Source of the DNA: Macrostomum lignano
Taxonomy: Eukaryota
Assembly (NCBI GenBank): GCA_002269645.1
Contig: NIVC01000458.1
Location: 124,001-188,000, forward strand
Direction: 5' to 3'
Length of the DNA: 64,000 bases
Part shown: positions 13,155-24,039 of the stretch, piece after piece
Layout: the number at the start of each line of letters is the position of its first letter
Position numbering within the stretch: the first letter of the stretch is position 1
Notes under the pieces: generated by a model
Told to the model about the DNA's origin: nothing
What the model saw: only the letters and a program-made list of their open reading frames with translations
Databases searched by the model: none
Translations under genes and position numbers: made by a program

Positions 13155-13546
13155 CTGCAGAAACGGGAGCAGATTTTTTTACGATTAAAAGGTAAGGACT
13201 CTGATTCTATCGTTTTCAGATGGTAGAATAAAATTAAACCATTCAGAATACGATATTAAGATATTTTGCAAACGTTTCAGGAGGCCAGACATTGGACAGA
13301 TCCTTCAGGATAGGAAGGTCAGACATTGTGGTTAACTAATCACTGCATAAAATAAACCAAATATCGATTATTTTTTCTAAATAGGTTTTATTTATAACAA
13401 AAAATCCAACACGACAAAAGGTACTTGAATTGGTCACTGCAAATGCTCAACTTTTGTTGGAAATTTTCAGCACACTCGTGTCCAATATCCTAACAAATTG
13501 AGCCTACTTGTAGATCAAAATCGCTAAATAAAACGATTAAACTCAC

Positions 13547-13667
13547 TTTTCTTGATAGCAGAGCTACAGCCTAACACATTTCCGGTAAATTGTGAGAGCA
13601 AGAGCACAATAGCTAGCAATACCAGTCTGCAGATTTCGATGATGCGTAATCTACGACCTCGAGTCAT
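13547..13667 (-). CDS. Probable first exon (signal peptide) of the WSC-domain gene
   Basis: MTRGRRLRIIEICRLVLLAIVLLLSQFTGNVLGCSSAIKK ends at a phase-1 donor A|GTGAGT, compatible with the phase-1 acceptor of the WSC exon. Possible intermediate exons are unresolved. Confidence 0.55.
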
Positions 13668-14680
13668 CTCTTTAGAGTGAAATTCTCGAGTCAAATAAAA
13701 AAGCTATTAAAACATTAACTATGACTAATTTAAACAGCAAATTTCTTGAGTCAGTTAGAGGAAGGCCATAGACGACAAAAGAAGAGTTGGTGAGTATACC
13801 CGGGTGGCTCTTGAGATAGCATGATGCCTCGTAAATACTATTTATAGATGGTCCTTGTACATTTAAAGGACAAAGAGAATGTGAACTTTTTATATTATTT
13901 ATTAATTTAAAGTTATTAAATTACATATTACTAGGTATTTTAAAGTATCTGCTATACATATTAAAAAAGCAAAAATAAAATTTAGAAAACGCAATTCATT
14001 TTGCAAGGCTACCATGTAACTCTGCATTCACGATGACACTTTTAAGCATTTTTAAATAATCTACCCCAATCAAATCATCACAGTAGACTTTTCAACAAGT
14101 CTCTGACTCAAATCAATCAATACAATTCGCTATGGTTTATAGGAATTATAGCTATCTTCTAGCTTCTAAAATGTCCTGACTGATATTTGATCTATCAAGT
14201 TGGACGTCGTTACAAAGACAATCTTCAAATGACGATGAATGTGAGAATCAACAAGTCAAATATTGAGCTCCTATCAATCGATAAGAACAAATTAAATGTA
14301 CTTTACGAGCGTACCTCACAAATTGTAACAGTTACCGACTAGAATTCTTGCATGCAGTAGCTGTGCACACGTAGCAAAACTGAAACAGCGCAAACACTTT
14401 AATTGAAGCAGGGCAAACAATGCTAGACACCTCTCAGCAAAGATAGACTCGTATTCGCGCCGCAGCTTGTGCTCATGATTCAATAGAAGAGCAAACATTC
14501 TATACTGGAATGGGAAAGAAAATGCAGAATTCATCGCATCAGCATCAGTTTAGTCGTTTTCAAGAGTATACTTAAATTAGGAACATGTTTTTTTTGCGAA
14601 AAATGCAATTTTCAAGCGTTAAAACAGTTATAACTGCACAGCAGTCAGTCGCCAAGTCTCCCCCCAGAAACTACCAAGGA

Positions 14681-16390
14681 ATGGACGCCCAGCGCCTACC
14701 TCTGTCCGTGATAGTCAAAGAATCCGTGGCCAATACCACAGCTCACGCCATCGGCCGTGTGGCCCCTGCAAGTCGCGCCATTGTGCTGAGGATCTTTTGG
14801 CTTCTGGCTTTCTTGAGCTTCCTGGGCCTTCTGCTTAACACCTGCACCGTCTACATTCGACGCCTGAACAGTCCGAGCGTAAATTCCGAGTTCCAAGCGG
14901 AAAAGGTTCCATTCGAGTTTCCCGATGTCTACTTTTGCAACAGTCTCCAAGCCGCTGGCTCGTTTATCTACCGACTGAACAGGTCAGAGGCGGACCAGGT
15001 GAACATGCCGTTCTATGCTGCTCAGACTGCATTCGATGCTGCTCTCGGATCTCTGAATGCGTCGGAGAGTGAAAACACAACACTGCGCGAACTTCGGCCA
15101 ACAAGCTTGATCCAGTCTCTGCCCTACAGAACTCTGGCGGACATTGTGGGTCAGTGAAAACTGCAGACATTCTATGGAAACTACGGAATCTTCAGTGCAG
15201 GCTCAGATCGCAGTCTGAATTCTCCGATCGCGGTAGAGACGCTGTTCCACCCGAACCATCTGAAGTGCTTCAAGCTTGCCCTCACCGATGCTGAGTTATC
15301 ACGCATGCAGAATACGAACAACAGATTGCAGCTCGACCTGCTTCTCGATCCTTACTTCTTTGACTTCGATAAGCTTGGCCTGTTTTCAAACCATACAGAC
15401 CGGCTTCCAACAATGTCTGTTTTCGTATCTGGTCAACAGATAACATTATATCCATTCGACTGGAACCTGGAAAATCCGATTGGGTTCGATAAAGGCAGTG
15501 GAATGTATCTCTACCTGACGCCCAGAGGTCACTACCCGTCTCGATTCACCTCTAATGTGATCAGCCTGGGTCCCGGTCGAGCCTACGACGTCTCCATCGC
15601 AATGCAAGATGCCCAGATGACACCGGCGGACTTTCCCGGCCAGTGCGTTGAGAAACACGACGACCCAGTTCTGTTCTTGAACCCGTACAACGGCGCCGCA
15701 GATGCGTTCAGCTACAGCGAGGCTCACTGCTACTATTCGGAGATGGCGAGGGACAGACAGCAGAGGTACAACTGCAGCCCGACACCTGAGCCTACAACCT
15801 GGGAGTTTAGACATCTCCCTCTGTGCCTGAACCTCACAGCGGCTGAAACTGAAGAAGAAATTCATCGAAACATGAAGGCGTCCGTAAAGGCGCGTCTGGA
15901 TGTCAATGGCGGCAACAGCACGTGGTACGACTTGTGCTCCGCGAAGCGACTGTGCAAGCGACGCACTTACTCCGTGACGTCATCTTATGGAATGTGGCCG
16001 AACCAAGCGAGTCTCGTTCGTCTGGTGGATAACGTCATTGGCTCTTTGCTGCAACGTGTTGATCGATAGCAGTTCAGATCACTCGATACGGGTGTTAAAA
16101 CACTGAACTTTTTGTATAGAAGCATTAATTTGGTCCCGTTCGAGACCGGAATAGGGCGCTACTTCCGGCGAGCAGCGGTGAGAGTCACGTTGAGAGCAGA
16201 AGCAACTCGAAGCTCTCTGACAACATTCAGCCTTGACTATCGGCTTGGTCAGTTCATCGCGGACGTTGGCAGCGCACTTGGTTTGTATCTGGGATGTTCG
16301 CTGCTCACCGTGCTGGAGCTGTTTGAACTGTTGCACTACATGCTTATCCGTGCAGCATGCATTGGTCGTCAGCGCAAACGACTGCTATAG
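14681..16390 (+). pseudogene. DEG/ENaC (amiloride-sensitive channel family) copy A, intronless, two in-frame nonsense codons
   Basis: Collinear with the intact 566-aa copy at 44013-45713. TGA at 15155-15157 (AGA in copy B) and TAG at 16067-16069 (TCG in copy B). TM1, FPDVYFCN and TM2 ADVGSALGLYLGCSLLTVLE are retained. Confidence 0.88.
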
Positions 16391-17032
16391 CGCTCTCAAC
16401 AATAGCGGTTTGGCACTATGCATGACGTAGTACAAACTGAACTTTTCTGGAACTGTGGAGTGGTTAGTTAGCTTTATGATGTCTGTTCCAACTGTGTAAA
16501 GAAATTACTTGAAACATAATAAACACTCCATTATTCCTACATTCGGTATGACAAAGTAGCATTAGGTGTGTTGGTTTGTGACTGGTCTTGACTAGTCAAT
16601 AACCAGTTTTAAACCCCTCTTCTCTGCCCGGCCTTGTCGCCTTGCGTACATTCTCTCTCTCCCTCTGTCCGCGCTGTGTGGGGGGTGCTTTGGCTCTGCG
16701 TGCGTAGGGTGGTGGCCTGGTGGGGTGGGCTTTAGCCTCTGCGCCGTTGCCTCTTTTATTGGCGTCTCGCTCAGTTGGCTCAGCGTGTTTGGCTGCCTAC
16801 GTGAGCTCAATTTTTGTTCCAATGTATAAAGAAATTTGAAAAAAAGAGAATTAAAATCATTTTGAATCCCGAAACAATCCCGGGATTTAAGCCTTACAAT
16901 CCCGGGATCCCAATCCCGCACTGTTGTAATCCCGAGGATCATAAATCCCGAAATTTCAAGTCCCAAAAAATCCAGGGATTGAAATCGTGGTCGTGGTGGA
17001 AGCTGGATGCAGCTGTTTCAATACATTTGATA

Positions 17033-17196
17033 TAGGGATCCCGGGATCCCGAGATTTTTTTGAACTTCGAAGCGGGATCCCGGGATTACTCTCAGTCGGT
17101 ATTTTCCGAGATTAGTGATCCCGGGATTTTAACCCATCGGGATTTCAGGATTTCTCAATCCCGGGATTGTAAATTGTCGAGATTTTGGAATCCCTA
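17033..17196. mobile_element. Small hAT-like MITE or element end
   Basis: Termini TAGGGATCCC / GGAATCCCTA and many GGGAT subterminal motifs, as in the 7150-7542 element. No matching 8-bp TSD. Confidence 0.55.
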
Positions 17197-18175
17197 TCCA
17201 TTATTCCTACATTCGGTATGACAAAGTACAAGACGCACATCGCAAATAGCATCAGGCTACCTGTAATGTAGGTATACGAGTAAATCATTCAGACTACCTT
17301 GCGTTGTGAATAGTAGAACTGCAGGAGGGCCGCGGTCACCCTGGCGCTACGCTTTTGGCGACGTCGTCCCAATACCAGCGCTGAGGCAATTCCGCCTATT
17401 CCGCTGACAACTAAGCACATATTCATACAAGCGCGCCAATACTGTACGCAGGCATGTACACTCTCTTGTGCGTTGGGAATTTTTTAGGGCTTTCATTGAT
17501 GTGAATTGCACGACAAACCCCGGCCATTTTTTACAGCACAACACAATAAATCGACCCGGGGTCGTAGCGCAAGAGTCCAACGCGTTTACCGTTGAGCTGC
17601 TCTCCCCTTTCCATTGTCTTTTAGGCAGTAATATTGCAAATAAAATGGAATTTAGCTCAACTTTGGCTCGCCCAAGAAACTAGCTCGTAGACCGCTTCAA
17701 GGTGCTCAGTTGCACAGCCCACCATGCATTCGAAGGCTGGTTACAATTTTAGATAATGCTACGGATGGTATCAATAGCTTAGATAAAAGAAATCGCATTC
17801 CATATATTAAAAATGGTTTGTCGGTATCTAGGTATCTATGTGATCGATTTCAGAAAAATCAAACAATAAAACTACACAGCAAAGAATGAAACCGAACTGT
17901 ACATACCCACCCTATACACTGTTGCTTAATCTGAAAATGGCACGCTGACCGAGACAATCATTTGTTAAATCTCTAAAAAAATCGTCCAGAGAATAAGCAG
18001 AGGCTAGAATGTACTCCAAGGTCCCTTGACTAATTATTTTCCATACCTATTTTAGTGGCGTTTTACAAATTAAACGCTAGTGACCATAGACCAAATGAAA
18101 TGATTATTTACATTGTACAAGACGTTTACATGATCACTGGAGTTAAATTGTTAGAGGCGAAGTTCGCTTGAAAAC

Positions 18176-20038
18176 ATGTCCACGATTTCGCAAGGCCGCG
18201 GCAGGACCAGTATAAGAGCGATTGTGCTCATTCAGTCATGGTACCGCCGGTACAAGGCCCGCCTAGAGGCAAGACGACGGGCAGAATGGAAAATCTACGA
18301 GAAAATCGAGTACGCCAGCGAACGGAACCGAATTCACTTGCAGAACTTCCTTGAAGATTTACTCGAGCTTGGCGCTGAACTTTCCGCCGGAGGAATTGGC
18401 TGTAGCTTTGTTCAACGGCTCCAAGAGTTCAAAAGCGTGTCTATCCAGCCGAAGCAAGATAATATCAATTTGGCAAGTTTTGAAGACTTTGATGTAGAAG
18501 ATTCTTACTCGGGGCCTCGGTTGACCTTCCCTCTGAGCGCCACTCAGGTCCAAACTCTGATAGACCACTTCAGTCAGGGAGGACGGCTGCACGCTCGCTA
18601 CCTCATGCAGCTGCTGCATGAAGTCCTACTGGAACTCAAAACAAGGCCAAACATTTATCGACTCAGCACGAGCATCTCCAAGCAGGTGACGGTGGTCGGA
18701 GACCTGCACGGGCAGCTGGAGGATCTGCTGCTCATTTTCTACAAGAACGGCCTGCCGGACGTCACCAACCCGTACGTGTTCAACGGAGATATCGTCGACC
18801 GTGGCTCAAATTCGGTAGAGGTAGCGCTGCTGCTGTTCGCCTGTCAGCTGGTGTGGCCGACGGCAGTTTTTATCAACCGCGGCAACCATGAAGATGCAAC
18901 CATAAATATAAGGTATGGCTTCACAGACGAAGTTAAGACAAAGTACCAAGACACATTTCCGAAAATCATTGGATTATTTAATGAGGTGTTCTCGTGGCTT
19001 CCCATTGCCACGATGATTGACGGGAGCATCTTTGTAGTTCACGGTGGCATCTCCGACAGTGTGGACCTCGGGCTGCTGGATAAACTTGACAGGCACAAGT
19101 ACTATTCCCTGATTCCTGGTTCTGGAAATAAAGCGGTAAACAAAATGGAACAACAACAGATAATAGACGTTTTGTGGAGTGATCCTCAACCGGAGCTGGG
19201 CTGCCAATTCAACAACGAGCGTAACATTGGATGCTTCTTTGGGCCGGACATCACGGCAAACTTCTTGCAGCGGAACCGATTAAATCTGCTAGTTCGCTCT
19301 CATCAGGTCCCGATTGATGGCTACTGTTATACTCACTGCGAATGTGTGCTGACGATCTTCTCCGCGTCCAACTACCAGTTCGAGGGCAGCAATCCCGGTG
19401 CCTACGTTAAGTTGGACAGCAACGGAAAGCCGGAGATTGTGCAGTTCTGCCCAAACAAGAAAAACCTTAAGCCTCTCGGTCGTCAAATTTTCTGCGCCGA
19501 AGACGCCGCTCTGCGCAGCCTTCGGGCGAAAATCGCCGCAAGTAAGACCGAGCTGGTGGCAGCCTTCAGCAAAATGGATTCCCGAAAGACCGGCTGCGTC
19601 ACCGTCGCCCAGTGGTGCAGCGCGATGGAGTCGGAGCTGAAGTTTGACCTGCCGTGGAGAATGCTGCGGCCTCATCTTGCGGAGTTGACAGCAGACAAAC
19701 GCGTCATGTACATGACGACCTTCCAGAGAGCAACCCTGCAGAATAATATGGAGAACACATTCTTCCCACTGCCAGATGCTTCAGTAATGGAGGCCGTTTA
19801 CAAAAACAAGGAAGAGCTGGAGGCCATTTTCCGCATCATGGACCGCGACAACAGCGGCTACATCAGTCTGGACGAGTTCAAGGAGTGCTGTCGAGTTCTG
19901 GGCCGAGCCACCAAGCGTAACCTGCCTGAAGCCGAGATTGTCGACATGGCCAAAGCGATGGACCTCAACAAGGACGGCAGGATCGACTTTAACGAGTTTC
20001 TCGAGGCCTTTCGAATTGTCGAGTTTAAGAACAAATAA
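18176..20038 (+). CDS. PPEF: Ser/Thr phosphatase with EF-hands (PPEF/rdgC family), copy A, intronless, 620 aa
   Basis: N-terminal IQ motif (IQSWYRRYKAR), PPP motifs GDLHG, GDIVDRG, RGNHE, HGG, RSHQ, SASNY, and EF-hands DRDNSGYISLDE and DLNKDGRIDFNE. Confidence 0.95.
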   Translation: MSTISQGRGRTSIRAIVLIQSWYRRYKARLEARRRAEWKIYEKIEYASERNRIHLQNFLEDLLELGAELSAGGIGCSFVQRLQEFKSVSIQPKQDNINLASFEDFDVEDSYSGPRLTFPLSATQVQTLIDHFSQGGRLHARYLMQLLHEVLLELKTRPNIYRLSTSISKQVTVVGDLHGQLEDLLLIFYKNGLPDVTNPYVFNGDIVDRGSNSVEVALLLFACQLVWPTAVFINRGNHEDATINIRYGFTDEVKTKYQDTFPKIIGLFNEVFSWLPIATMIDGSIFVVHGGISDSVDLGLLDKLDRHKYYSLIPGSGNKAVNKMEQQQIIDVLWSDPQPELGCQFNNERNIGCFFGPDITANFLQRNRLNLLVRSHQVPIDGYCYTHCECVLTIFSASNYQFEGSNPGAYVKLDSNGKPEIVQFCPNKKNLKPLGRQIFCAEDAALRSLRAKIAASKTELVAAFSKMDSRKTGCVTVAQWCSAMESELKFDLPWRMLRPHLAELTADKRVMYMTTFQRATLQNNMENTFFPLPDASVMEAVYKNKEELEAIFRIMDRDNSGYISLDEFKECCRVLGRATKRNLPEAEIVDMAKAMDLNKDGRIDFNEFLEAFRIVEFKNK

Positions 20039-20369
20039 AGCAAGATCGATTGCGCACTATAGTTCCATCTGGAGTGAAATGTTCTGTGAGAGCAATTGTC
20101 GAGAAAAAATTAAGCTGAATCGTTTAATTAGTGATATCAGTTTTGGGAAAACAATTCTGCGTCTGTTGTTTTATAGCGAAAACTATTTATTGCTTTTCAG
20201 TTAAAAATCTCAAATACAGGGCATTCCTGTGTTAATTAAATTGATCCTCTGATGCTGCAAAGCCTTGTCTACAGTACAGTATAGAGATTGACGAACCCGC
20301 GTCCCGTACTTGTTCAACTCGTGTTAATTACTTCGCTCAGAAAAAGCAAACTGATTAGAAAGCAACCTG

Positions 20370-21205
20370 CAGTGTTGGGCAAGTTACTCAAAAAAAGTAA
20401 CTTGCGTTACTGTAACTTAAGTTACCAATTTTTAAAAAGTAACTTACGTTAGCCTAGTAACTTTAGACAAAAACCTGGTAACTTTTAAGTTACTGTCCGT
20501 TACTCACTTCCGTTACCCATGTTATTAACAAAATTTTCTGCTTTTTTCACATTGCACATTTTTTTCACATTGTTGTTACCGAAATTTGCCATTGGGCATT
20601 GGAATTAACCGATTTTTAACAGACAGAGACAGGAATTGGCGACACGATGTGAGGCAAGTACAGTGAAGGACCAATGGGCAATGGTAATCAATAATTTAAA
20701 TTATAAATGATAAAATAAACAAATATCAATAATTCAGTAGAGTAAAATAAATAGAACTGTATAAAATGGTGTAGTGTACTGCAGTGCCAGTGGAGGGACT
20801 TGTGGAGGCTACAGATGAATTTCTTTCTTTGTTTGTTTGTTTGAATAAAACTTGAAATTTTTAGTAACTTGAAAATGAATGGCGAAAATATTACAAAGTA
20901 AAACATGTTTCAAGTATTTATTCATTAATTAAGTGCAATACCATATGATACTATTCACTTAATTTTGAATTTAGGAATGAAAAATGCAAAAACGAGACAA
21001 CCGGCGTACTAGCTATAGGCGTTTCAGTTTTAAATTTAAATATTGCGATTGTTGCAAAGTAACTGTAACGGACTTCCGAAATTTGAGTAACTTACCGTTA
21101 CTCCGTTACTAAAATAAAAAAGTAACTTGCGTAAGGAACGCTTTACGAAAAAGTAACTTGCGTTACCATTTGCAAGTTACTCGGTAACGGAAGTGCCCAA
21201 CACTG
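20370..21205. mobile_element. Non-autonomous hAT MITE
   Basis: 12-bp TIR CAGTGTTGGGCA / TGCCCAACACTG, perfect 8-bp TSD GCAACCTG, numerous AGTAAC/GTTACT subterminal motifs. Confidence 0.93.
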
Positions 21206-21419
21206 GCAACCTGTAATATCCAGTGTCAATACTCCATGATCCTCATAGACCAGGGGCATTGCAGCAATCCAGGTATTCTTTAACCGGTACCTGGGAGCCT
21301 AATAAATCGGATGCTGAGATAATAAAGCTACTTGAACTATGCTGAACATAAATGACTTTGAATTTGACGAAACGATTATCTTACAACTTAGAGGCGCAGC
21401 CATGGGACTCTGATATACT

Positions 21420-22125
21420 CAGCAACATTGAAAAGTCGCCCTCTATGCACAAGGAAACAAAGATACGAGAAAACTGATCAGGGGAGCTTTAATCCGTCCA
21501 ACCCTCGCACACCGCTCCCCTCACTTCATTCCTCAACTCAAGTCTGCCGCGGCGTAGCTAAGTTGCCTCACTCGCAAAGATTGAGACTTTACCTGCACTC
21601 TCAAAAGTGGCGACCACAGACGGAATCTTCAGTAATGGCGACTTTTCGATGATGCTGAGTATATTCACCCAGCTGCCTGTCTCTTCATGAGCCTCTGGGA
21701 GGAAACTGCCCAGAGAACTTTCCTTTATAAGCCAAACATCTACTTCAGGTTCATAGATCACATATTTATTCACTAGGATCACCCGGCTGAGACTCTGACA
21801 GAATTTGTTTGACACGTGAATTCCATCAACCCCAAAATAAAACTAACCGTCAGCTCCTCATCGACTGAGGTCAGCTTCCGACGCTTCTGATCAGGAAAGC
21901 CGACGGTCTATTCATGACACAACTGTTTTATACACAAAATATTCTGTTGAATAAACTGACTGGTTAAAAGCCAGGTAGAGCAAGGTAGAAAATGTTAATA
22001 TGCACATCCTACTCATCTATTTTATCAGACTAACATTAATCATATTAAAAAGCAAAATATTCGTTCAATTATACGCTTTCTTGGCCTGACGAAGAGCTTA
22101 GAGGCTTGAAACTGTCTGTCAATCA
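21420..22125 (+). mobile_element. Degenerate Penelope-like retroelement fragment (RT core remnant plus pLTR-like tail)
   Basis: Manual translation FMSLWEETAQ...PNIYFRFIDHIFIH*DHPAETLTEFV*HVNSINPKIKLT...EVSF resembles the PLE RT YVDD region. A downstream CTGACGA...GAAAC motif lies at about 22086. Confidence 0.68.
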
Positions 22126-23701
22126 ATTTATCTATCTATCTACCTACCGATCAATCAATCAATTTATCAAATCTATCAACGACTACACGAGCACTAGGCT
22201 GCTAGACTATATTAGATTCTCATATTAAAAAAATTAGCTAAAACATGCACAACAACGCAGGCTTGCTTTCAGCACAGAGGCGATAGAAAAAAAGCGTCTT
22301 ATTGACAAATTCTTTTAATCCTTTTTTAATTAATTTTGTCAAAACAATGGAGAATAGTAAATAAATAAATATGTATATATATATTAGAATATAAATATAG
22401 TGCGGTTCTATCAAAGTCAAAATAATAATTAGCGAGCTAGCATAATGTCAGAGAGAGAGAGAGAAGCTTACCGTATTAGGGCGGAGAGAGAAAAAAGCTA
22501 AGAGGGCTCAATACAATAAGAGATAAATATGGCTATTATTGACTAATAGCCAATATTAGACATTAGCAGGACTCAGCATAAAACGGGAGGAATATACAAT
22601 GAAATCGGTGGAACGAGCGGGTTGAGGCTTGAGATCTTGATATCTTTGAAAAAAATATTTGCACGCGCTAACTTTTCTACTTACACAAGTAGAAGAGTGC
22701 GCGCACTCAAGAGTGTTACAACAAATAAATGATTCAAATCGCATTAATCGAAATTATTAGAGCAATAAAAGACAAAGTAATTTCTCGTAGGGTTACAGAC
22801 GGGAGAAAAGAGATTTTGTAAGGCAAAACAGAATGAAACATAAACGGTTGTTTTGTTGCTAGGAGGAAAAATTAAATGAATACAAGAATAAACAGGAGAA
22901 AATCAATGTGTTTTGCATGTTTAAATCCAACGGCAGATGGCGCAAGCAGAGGGATCGAGAGAGGGAGAGAGAAGTTGGAGTCGAACATATATATATAAAT
23001 AAGTACAAGGCACTTCTCTTCATTTTTGTGGAAACCGAAAACAATTGATAACATAAACGAATGCCGCAACGCACGCTAACCAGCCAGTATGTATAAAACA
23101 CATAATTATCCAGTATACGATATTGCTAGTAAATGATTACCAGGATAGCCTAGGCAGGTTAGTTATAGATATACTAGATTACGTCAGACCATCTCAATTC
23201 ACAGCCAGCTGCGATAACAAGTTACTATTAGTAGTTGACCAAAAATTGGAAACCGTTTCCCCCGCGTGTCGAGATGAAATATATTGTCAATGAAAACAGG
23301 TAGCTTAATTTATTAATTAACCAAAAAGTAAAATTTTTATCACTCAGCCTCGAAAAATGATGCAGCGAAAGTCCAGACGCGCGACAGACGGAGAGAAGAG
23401 CAGAGCATCAGCAATGCGCTACAGTAGCAGCAGAAAGTCAGTCAGGAACTGCTGTAAATTGTTTTGCATTTCCAGGTGATGGATTCTACCACAGATAGCA
23501 ACTATGCACCAAAACAGGCAAAAATTTATACTAAAAAATCATCTCTTTAGAATAGCATCTGTGGTGTCTACCTATATTTTTTTCATAAATCTTGTACACA
23601 CATTCGAAAAAACCCTATATAAATAGTAAATAAATATGTTGATGAATTTGAATCTTTCACTATCGAGCAACGCGACTGTTAAAACACGCCTACAGTTCGG
23701 T

Positions 23702-23913
23702 TTACTGCTGCTCTGGCTGCGGCTTCATCAGTTTCTCCTGCTGCAGCGGCAGGCCAAGCATCAGGGGTCGCGCAGCCGCCGCAGGTCGGACTGGACGTCG
23801 TTGATTCGCTGGCGAAGCTCGTTGTACTGTTCAACATTGAAGCTGCTCTTGTCGGCGTCTTTGTAGAATTTCTTCAAATACTCGCGGTCCCACACGGCCG
23901 GGAAAGTGTACTC
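23702..23913 (-). CDS. MCU: Mitochondrial calcium uniporter, last exon (apparent 1-bp deletion near the end)
   Basis: After the aacgcag acceptor: EYTFPAVWDREYLKKFYKDADKSSFNVEQYNELRQRINDVQSDLRRLRDP, matching the MCU C-terminal coiled coil. As written it stops at 23761. One extra C restores DPLMLGLPLQQ...* ending at 23702. Confidence 0.88.
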
Positions 23914-24039
23914 CTGCGTTGGCGGGGCATTGGGGGGAGCGGTGGCAACTGAGAGTCCAAGAGTAGAAGCCTGTTTAGAAGCCTTATCATTATTAACGAG
24001 AATTTCCTTTATAAACGACATCCAGGTTTAAGGCACGCC

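Noticed and set aside
16067-16075. Programmed readthrough at TAG CAG TTC in ENaC copy A
   Set aside because: It does not fully match the UAG-CARYYA context, the paralogue has a sense codon, and an upstream TGA has a non-leaky context.
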